A stretch of DNA of 61,848 bases, the filler included, from Choristocarpus tenellus KU-1152 (taxonomy: Eukaryota; Protista; Phaeophyceae): assembly GCA_964200185.2 (NCBI GenBank). It is 10 parts of 10 records of this genome, joined end to end, with 100 filler letters (N's around TTAATTAATTAA, not from the genome) between each part and the next. Parts side by side here need not be neighbours in the genome. Positions count along the whole stretch, not along the records: positions 50,486 to 54,631 come from CAXNAD020015987.1; positions 54,732 to 58,441 come from CAXNAD020018379.1; positions 58,542 to 61,848 come from CAXNAD020020900.1; 7 more parts are not named here. One strand, 5' to 3'. Shown piece after piece: positions 54,339-61,848 of this stretch. Numbering within the stretch: the stretch's first letter is position 1; every line of letters begins with the position of its first letter. The translations under genes were made by a program, and so were the position numbers. Under the pieces are notes generated by a model, which was not told where the DNA came from, ran no database searches, and saw nothing but the letters and a program-made list of their open reading frames with translations.

Positions 54339-54897
54339 GTGCCTCCAGTTGAATGGCCAGTCAAGGCACTGTGCCTTGACTTATTTGTGGGGATCAATTC
54401 AGGCATGCCATTTTGATTGCAATAATTGAGATGCTAAACAACTGCTGATTTCTTGCAAGGAACAAATTACTTTCCTATCGTAGAATTCCTGCTGCGATAT
54501 ATGTAGTTGCCAAGGGCAAAGGGTGCATGACAACACATTCTCAGTGTGCCTTGGGATTGTGGAGCCCCAAGAGATGTTGAGTTAGCACTACACCAATGCA
54601 CGGTGACCCAAAGTATCTGGCGGGGGGGGGGNNNNNNNNNNNNNNNNNNNNNNNNNNNNNNNNNNNNNNNNNNNNTTAATTAATTAANNNNNNNNNNNNN
54701 NNNNNNNNNNNNNNNNNNNNNNNNNNNNNNNGTGTGTCGGATGGATAATGCAAGTTCACCTCTCCTGGTCAGGGCCCAAAAGACACCCGGGTGTAGACCC
54801 CCCCCCCCCCCGGCCCAGATACTTTGAGCCAGCAATCACTGCTAGGCTTGTTTCTTGAAGTTACCGTTCTCATAGACATGTCCTTTGTATTTTCCAG

Positions 54898-56839
54898 AAA
54901 GGGCACGTGTTCTGCAGCTGGCAAGTGGAAAGCATGGAACAGTTCGGTCTCTGGAGCCCTTCTGACGGCATTTTTCTTCTACATTATCTCAAGTACTCTG
55001 GTTAGTTCTTATTTTGATGTATGTTCACGACCCTGTCTTGCATTTAACCATCAAGATGTTGCTTGCCGTTGACTCTTGAAATATTCTGCTGCAACTCTGT
55101 TTGAGGAGATGCTCCCACAATATAATGGCCAGCTTTTTTAGTAGTGAAAGGTAATTATAGGGACAAAGTAAGGCGCTTATGTCTCTTGAGCACAACAACT
55201 GCCTGTCATTTCCTGCTCATCAAGTCTTGCAAATATCCTCTTAACCTTTCACGAGGAGTTTGCCTGGGGGGTGAACCACTTGGATTTCGAAAAGGTGACT
55301 ACACTTTCCTTTCTCCTGTGGTCCGGCATAACAGCTGCATCAAAAAAACTTGGAATAACTCATTTTCTACTACTGATACGCACTGGTTGGCTCTAATACT
55401 CTTCCTCTTATTGAATTTGATTTACCTGTAAAAGGTTGTACTGTGTACTATATCCTTATGTGTAGTCCACTTCCAAGGTGTGAGCTACTCCTAGATTCCC
55501 TGAGTTGGGTTTGTAATCGACTCCTCTTGAGCCATACCCCCTCCACAATACCCTTGGCTTTTATACATGCTCTTCATTCCTCTGTTTCCAGACTCTAGAG
55601 GCCTTTGACTGTGAGGAATTCGATGATGGTTCCTCCTACCTCAGAGCAGACTACTCCATTTCTTGCAACAGTCATCGGTACAAGGTCCTAAGGGTGAGTA
55701 ACTATGAGGGGTAGACCTCAACCTTTGCTTTGGGCAAGAGATGCACTGAAGGATTTTGAGGTTCACCATGATTGCTGTGAGATAAGGATTTCAACCAAAT
55801 TGAGGCCTTGGAAGAGTAGGTCAATGTGCTGGTATGACGATAGTGCACCATCTGATGAACTTGGGTAATTTCAAATCATTGCAATTATTTCAGGAATTCT
55901 TGGAAAGAAATATTTTATTAAGTGCACCTCAATTAACCTCATCCATAATGTCCTCAGAGACACGTAAGAGTTTCAGATGCCACGGAACAGCTCAGGAGAT
56001 ATTGCACATTCACCTGCTACCCGTTTTTCAAAAAAAGACGGAAGAAATTCCCCAGGAACATCAACCCTAAGGATGCTTTTCTAAATGACAGGTCTATGCA
56101 GGTTTCAGTGTCATCTTCTACCCTATGGGGATTCCCCTTCTCTTATTGGCTATGCTGGTCACGGAACGTCAAAATCTAAACCCTGATCCCAAAAATCCCA
56201 TGCGATCCATGGTGCTTCGGGATGTTGACCCTAAAGTGCGAAAGACAAGGTAGGGAAGAGGATACACATGGTTTTGCACGACTGGGATCTCTTTCACCCA
56301 ATGGGTGGAGATTTGGGCAGCTCCCCTTCTTGAAACCGTTCCATGTACCTTTATTGGTCGAAATTACCATGGAATGCACGCAACTTATTTCAGAGCCTAG
56401 AGTAAGGGCTTAAAAAAAAAAGGCGTGAGGCTCTTGCCTGGTGACCTAATCTTATGTTACTGCATGAGGGGGCAAACAGTGAGTTTGTTTCTTTTACCTA
56501 TTTTGGAGCGGACTCTAACCAACATATCTGTTGGACAAGCTCAGACAAAACTGATCTAAGACCTGAGGCCCAACAGAGCGAAGGAAGGCTAGACATCGAC
56601 GGGCAAGATGCAACACCTCTTGAAAACTCTGGGGAATAAAAAAACCCTTCACAGTAGTCAGTGCAGATCATATAGGTCAACGCTGATCCCCTCCCTCCAC
56701 TGGCATGGATCGACAACCTAGCAGATTCCTGTGGGCAACCTACCGGCCTCGTGTGTATTGGTACGAGGTGTGGGAAACCCTCAGGAAACTTCTCCTCACA
56801 GGGCTCCTAATCTACTTCAAGAACGGCACATCAACCCAG
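54898..56839 (+). CDS. Multi-pass membrane protein fragment (F.C...D...YL.ADY...C / YP.GIP / FLW..YRP..Y..E type, possibly TRP_C-like)
   Basis: Phase-compatible exons 54898-55000, 55592-55693 (AFDCEEFDDGSSYLRADYSISC), 56092-56249 (YPMGIP) and 56722-56839 (RFLWATYRPRVYWYEVWETLRKLLLTG). Confidence 0.8.
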
Positions 56840-59800
56840 GTATGTGTCACTGTGATGCTTAAGGCGCGGTTTGTGATTGAGTGTGGAATAGAAAACCTAG
56901 ACTTCGAAGCCACTCACAGCAGGGGAAATGCTGTGGTTCAAGCCCCAAAGTCAGAGCATGGATTGACACTCTATCCTCTATCTTGCAATAGTACTGTTTG
57001 TCAAGTTTTAGTCAAGTTTCACATATTTTTCCTTCATTCTAGTTCGAAAGAGTATAGCCAAGATTGATTGCGGTACTAGGAAAGGTCGGAAGGCTGACGC
57101 AACACCATCTCAATGTTATGTAATGCTGATATTTTGTCAGGGTTTTGCTCTTGGTACCAAGCTCCCTCCCCCTGTGTTGGAGCATATAGCTCATCCCCAT
57201 GATGTTTATTTACATAGAGCATCTGAAAAGAGAGGCATAGAACTCCCAACTCGGACTTTTCACACAAGCAACACATCACTGCATCACAATCGAGGTTCCA
57301 CAAAGAAACTGTTCAAGTTCTTTAGTGAGCTTACCTTGTACTTCCTAGCCCAATGGTATTGTTAATGCTGGTGTGCATTAAGCTCTTTCAGAGTCTTCAA
57401 GACGTCCTTGAAGTCAAATTATTTCTCCCAAGAAAGGAGTGGTTCTTGCCGCACTTTATCTTGTGACATAACTATACCTGACCCAAAGGTTGTTGAATGT
57501 CCTAAATAGGGGAAATGTTTCCGTGGTTGAATACAATTGGTTTCGATGAAATTGCTACTGTATATTTTTTCTTGCCCTTCATTTGTTGTTGTTTTTTAAA
57601 GGGAACAGTGTAAAAACTGAGAATCATCAAATCCCCTTTAGGCACAATCATCACGACCATAGAGAGTCCGAGAGATCCCTACCATAGGACACTTCCCCAA
57701 CTTTTTGGGTGCTCTATGTCAAGGTCACGGACTAGAAAATCCGTCATAGCTTCACACTCGGAACAATGATCTTGGTCAGTGTTTATGATCAGTGCAAAGG
57801 TGAAAGTACAAATGTGACCTCTTATTGAGAAAAGGAAATTGTAGTGGTACTAATAATACCGATAGAGATCTCTTCAAGATTGTTTTTTGTACAACCATGG
57901 CATTCCTTGTTGTAGTGATTACAAGAAAATCATCTTTTAAAATAATATTTTCTTTCTAATTGGGCCTCGGTTCTCCAGCCAATAAAGCAACAGGGGGGCC
58001 ATCTAAATGGAGATGAGTCAAATCAAATGAGAGAGGTACCAAATTTCTGACTGTTTTTCATTCAAGCTAGTCTCACACAAAATTTGAACCTGGGCATTGG
58101 CTGGGCCAGGAAATGTAGTCCTCAATGTAGAGAGGAGTTGAAGCCAATTAATTCCTTGCTATTGTAAGCAGCAACAGTACTTCAAAGTCTTTGTGACTGT
58201 ACATCTACAACACAACATTCGGGGTTCAATAGTTCTAAATCAATCACCAATACCTCAAAAGCTCCTGTCTCCGGCTCAAAGTATCTGGGGTGGGTGGCGG
58301 CTGTCCATTTGGGGTCAATTTTTTCATGTCTCGATTTTTGGGTTATTTGGTTCCATACGTTGGATGGATAATGAAAGTGCACTTTCCCCATTTTGGTCCA
58401 AATGGATACTCTGGTGTAGACTAAGCGCTCCCCCCTATATANNNNNNNNNNNNNNNNNNNNNNNNNNNNNNNNNNNNNNNNNNNNTTAATTAATTAANNN
58501 NNNNNNNNNNNNNNNNNNNNNNNNNNNNNNNNNNNNNNNNNTTCTCTTTCGTGTCTGTTTTTTGTTTGTAAGTGTTTGTGGAGGGGGGGGGGGGGGGGTG
58601 GGGGGGGGAGTGCTATCTCCTTCAACGTCTATGAGCTAGTGAGTGGGTACTATTTGTTAACACTGCCATTGCTGAGGGTGGTGAAAACAGTAGAGCCCCA
58701 ATATGATTCTTATATTCACCCTTGACCAAACTAAATCTCCCTGAAATGGCTAGAATACACTTCCAATATGCTAGTGCCAACGCCTGCCTTACTTGGGGTC
58801 TCCAACACATGTGTTGTAAGGATGCTAGATGTCTTAGCCATCAAAGAAATATAAATTCAATACTACAACTTTTATCCCATACCTGCTCACTTCACACCCC
58901 CAGATGGTCTATTGGAAAGATGTGGAAAGGGCTGCTTGCTGATGATGTGTTCTGACCATGACACTAGTACCTTTCAAGAAATATATATATATACATTCAT
59001 ATGTTCGATTTTTATGCACAATATCGGGCCATGGTATGGTGTCAAACCTTGAACCTGGAACTAAAGGTAAATTTTTGAAACTGAAACATCATACTGGTCC
59101 CCCTAATCCCCAAAAACAGAGCTCTATTACTGCAACTCTTGAAGCAAGAACACATATATTTCCCTCCCCCAATAGAACCAGTATATTGTTATATTATCAT
59201 TTCAACACATGTAAATGTCAGTGTTGAAGTGGACATATGCTGCTCCTGTATGGATACCCTCAAAGGTATCCAAGTTGATCCTAACCCCTAACCCTAACCC
59301 GAAGGGTTGTAAATAGTTCACTGGCAACATAATTTTATACCCTCGAAGTCTCAAACCAAACCCCAGCTCCATCACTGCCGGCTGTGACATAGAGAAACTT
59401 CCCCCACAACCTCCAAAATTGCCCTAATTTCAAGCAACTGAAATTAAGCACAGACTGTGGAAAGGATTGAATATTGAGTATTGAAAATTGATTATTTTCC
59501 TAAATTACTACTGTGACTCCATATCATGACCCAAGGCTATTCCCAGGTTTACTTAGACAGCTGTTGCAAAGTTGAAGCAGCACAAGACATAATTACCCAT
59601 AGCCCCCAACCCCAACCCTAGACTAACCCTAACCCTAGCCCCAAGAACAAAAAATCATTGAAAAAAACTGAAGAGCTGAAAATACTACACATCCCATAAT
59701 TTCAATCTCACAAAAAAATCCAAGTTGATGAGCGGAGACCGTTGCTGTATACATTGAAGCAAAGGAATCCATCCTGTCCCCACGTGCGATCAAGACTTAT

Positions 59801-59941
59801 TTCAAGCGCAGTTTTAGTTTTGTAGCATCCCTTGCAGAAGGTAAACACTGTGTGCCCTTTTGCCTTCTCAACGCTAGTCCTGCACAAGTATGTATTTATG
59901 TATGTATGTATGTGTTTTCTGGTTTGATAACACCTATACAG

Positions 59942-60398
59942 AATCAAATTGTGAATTGCCGCTCAAGGGCAAAGAGGGAATGGTACAAGAAAGCGGAGAT
60001 GTTACCTGATTTGAACACAATGAGGGAGAACGCCTTCCAACTGCCCTTGGAACACGCGGAGGCCCAGCATCGGGCTAGTGTCCAAAGAAAAATGTATGTA
60101 TCCCTCTCTACAGTGATACAAGCCTGTAACTGCCTCCAATAATCGATCTTCCTACATGTATACAACAGGTATTGTGCTACGAAATTCCCACCATAATGAT
60201 GACAGTGAACATTTGTAGCACGCCCCTTTTTCTCTTTTGTTTGTTAATCTTGTACAACAAAGTGCTGGCTTCGAAAAGGCCAGCGCACATATGGACGAGC
60301 TAGTCCGCATCACTACCAATGAGTTGGATCCACTGCAGCCAGTGGAGGAGAATGCCATTGATGCCCTAGAGAGTATAACCACCTCTGCTGCCCGTGAG
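59942..60398 (+). CDS. Two internal exons of a hypothetical helical protein
   Basis: 59942-60093 and 60263-60398 have AG/GT borders and join in frame. Confidence 0.5.
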
Positions 60399-60884
60399 GT
60401 GTGCTCTATTACTAGCTGGGGTTCAAAATATAGAATGTCAAAAAATGATCTTTTTTTTCACGTAGGAACTACTTCATAAACAGTTAGGGTCCATTTTTAT
60501 ATGGTATATTGCTCAGGGTTAGGGTTGGGAGTTCACAGTTTGGAGAGGTGTTTAGGGGACTGGGGTAGGGGTTAGGGTCAAAGGTCGGTTAAGATTAGGG
60601 CTTGGGCTAGGGTTGGAGTAGGGGTTGAGGTTAGTGCGGGGGTTAAGGACAGGGTTGGGGTTAGGGTCAGAGTTATGGTTAGGGTTATGAGTGGGGTAGT
60701 GGAAGCGGTTAGGGGTTCATGGTTCAAAGTTACCATAGTTTTTTTTTCAGCTTGAGGTTATTTTCTAGGACATGGTGTTGTGACCTGGATGACAGTTTTA
60801 GCTTGTCACTGTGATGATATTTCTTACAAACAATGGTAGCTGGGCTTACACTTTGATGCTACTGTAGGGCAGAGCATAGATGTG

Positions 60885-60923
<39 letters not shown>

Positions 60924-61101
60924 ATGTATGTATGTATGTATATATGTATGTATGTATGTATTATTATTATGCGTGTGTTATGTGTATTATGTATATATGT
61001 ATGTACTATGAGTATTATGTATGTTAAAGAAAAATCGTGACCAAGATTGTTCCGCTAGTTAACTTTGGGGTGCAAGTACAGTTACCTATGTAAGTAATGA
61101 G

Positions 61102-61280
61102 GGTCCAAAGTATCTGAGGGGGGATGGCGGCTGTCCATTTGGGGTCAATTTATTAATATCACGATTTTTGGGTGATTTGGTTGCATATATCTGATGGATA
61201 TTGTAAATACACCTTTCCTGATTTTGACTGAAATAGACACCCTTGTGTAGACCCCCCTACCCCCCCGAGATACTTTCAGT
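61102..61280. mobile_element. MITE family C, near-complete copy
   Basis: Ends ggtccaaagtatctg and gagatactttcagt with the conserved internal block. Confidence 0.75.
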
Positions 61281-61848
61281 AGATAGCAGTAGAAGTAGTG
61301 CAGTGTCTAGTGCCTCTGACCACAGGTTGGGGATAGGCCCTAGAGGCAAAAGTGAAAGAAAATAGTAATATTGAAAATGTACATAATATTGAAAAAAGTA
61401 GTAACGCTGAAAATAATAATATAATTGAAAATAGTAGTAGTGCTTACCACGTGAAACAGACGGAAACTGTCTGTCAACTTCTCACATATTATTATTATTA
61501 TTATCATTAGAACAATAGCAATGATGATCTGAATGAAAACAACTGTGTAGCGATAAAAAATGTAATAACAATAATAATAAAAACCGAATTATGCAGACAA
61601 TTATACCGACAGGCACAACAGTACACTCTCGGAACGGCATCTCAGTCCGCTTTCAACCCAAGTCAGAATAACAATAGTGACGACATGCACACTCACAGGT
61701 AAAATTCACAACCAACTGTGACAAATCCGTACAAGAGCTAAAATGATATCCTCCCTGCAGCATAAATCAGAGCGAAGGGCCGGTCAACATCATGTTCCTA
61801 GTGAAGAGAGACCCAAAGTATCAGGGGACGGGGGCGGGGGGGGTCTAC

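Overview
This window is not one contiguous locus and is not prokaryotic. It is ten short contigs of an intron-rich eukaryote joined by nine identical artificial 100-nt spacers (44 N + TTAATTAATTAA + 44 N). Contigs: 1-3551, 3652-18512, 18613-27417, 27518-38182, 38283-41637, 41738-45460, 45561-50385, 50486-54631, 54732-58441, 58542-61848. The gene families, TTAGGG-type repeats and intron style suggest a stramenopile, possibly a brown alga (inference only). Spliced gene fragments reconstructed by hand: a NIMA-related (NEK) kinase (6 exons), a TTLL9/TTLL1-like tubulin glutamylase lying head-to-head with a CEP120-like C2-domain gene, a CNG/EAG-type channel fragment (S1-S4), a multi-pass membrane protein fragment, a coiled-coil protein 3' end and a few hypothetical exons. 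The rest is transposon debris and simple repeats: two decayed plant-type mariner copies (one carrying two nested MITEs), a Tc1/IS630-like fragment, a Ty1/copia 3' end with LTR, three related MITE families, a foldback element and a hairpin-containing tandem repeat. I found no convincing wholly new biological system. The best leads are the compact divergent centriole/cilium gene pair with a TGACGTCA palindrome between the genes, the degenerate channel voltage sensor, and the unidentified decayed intronless ORFs of contig 1.
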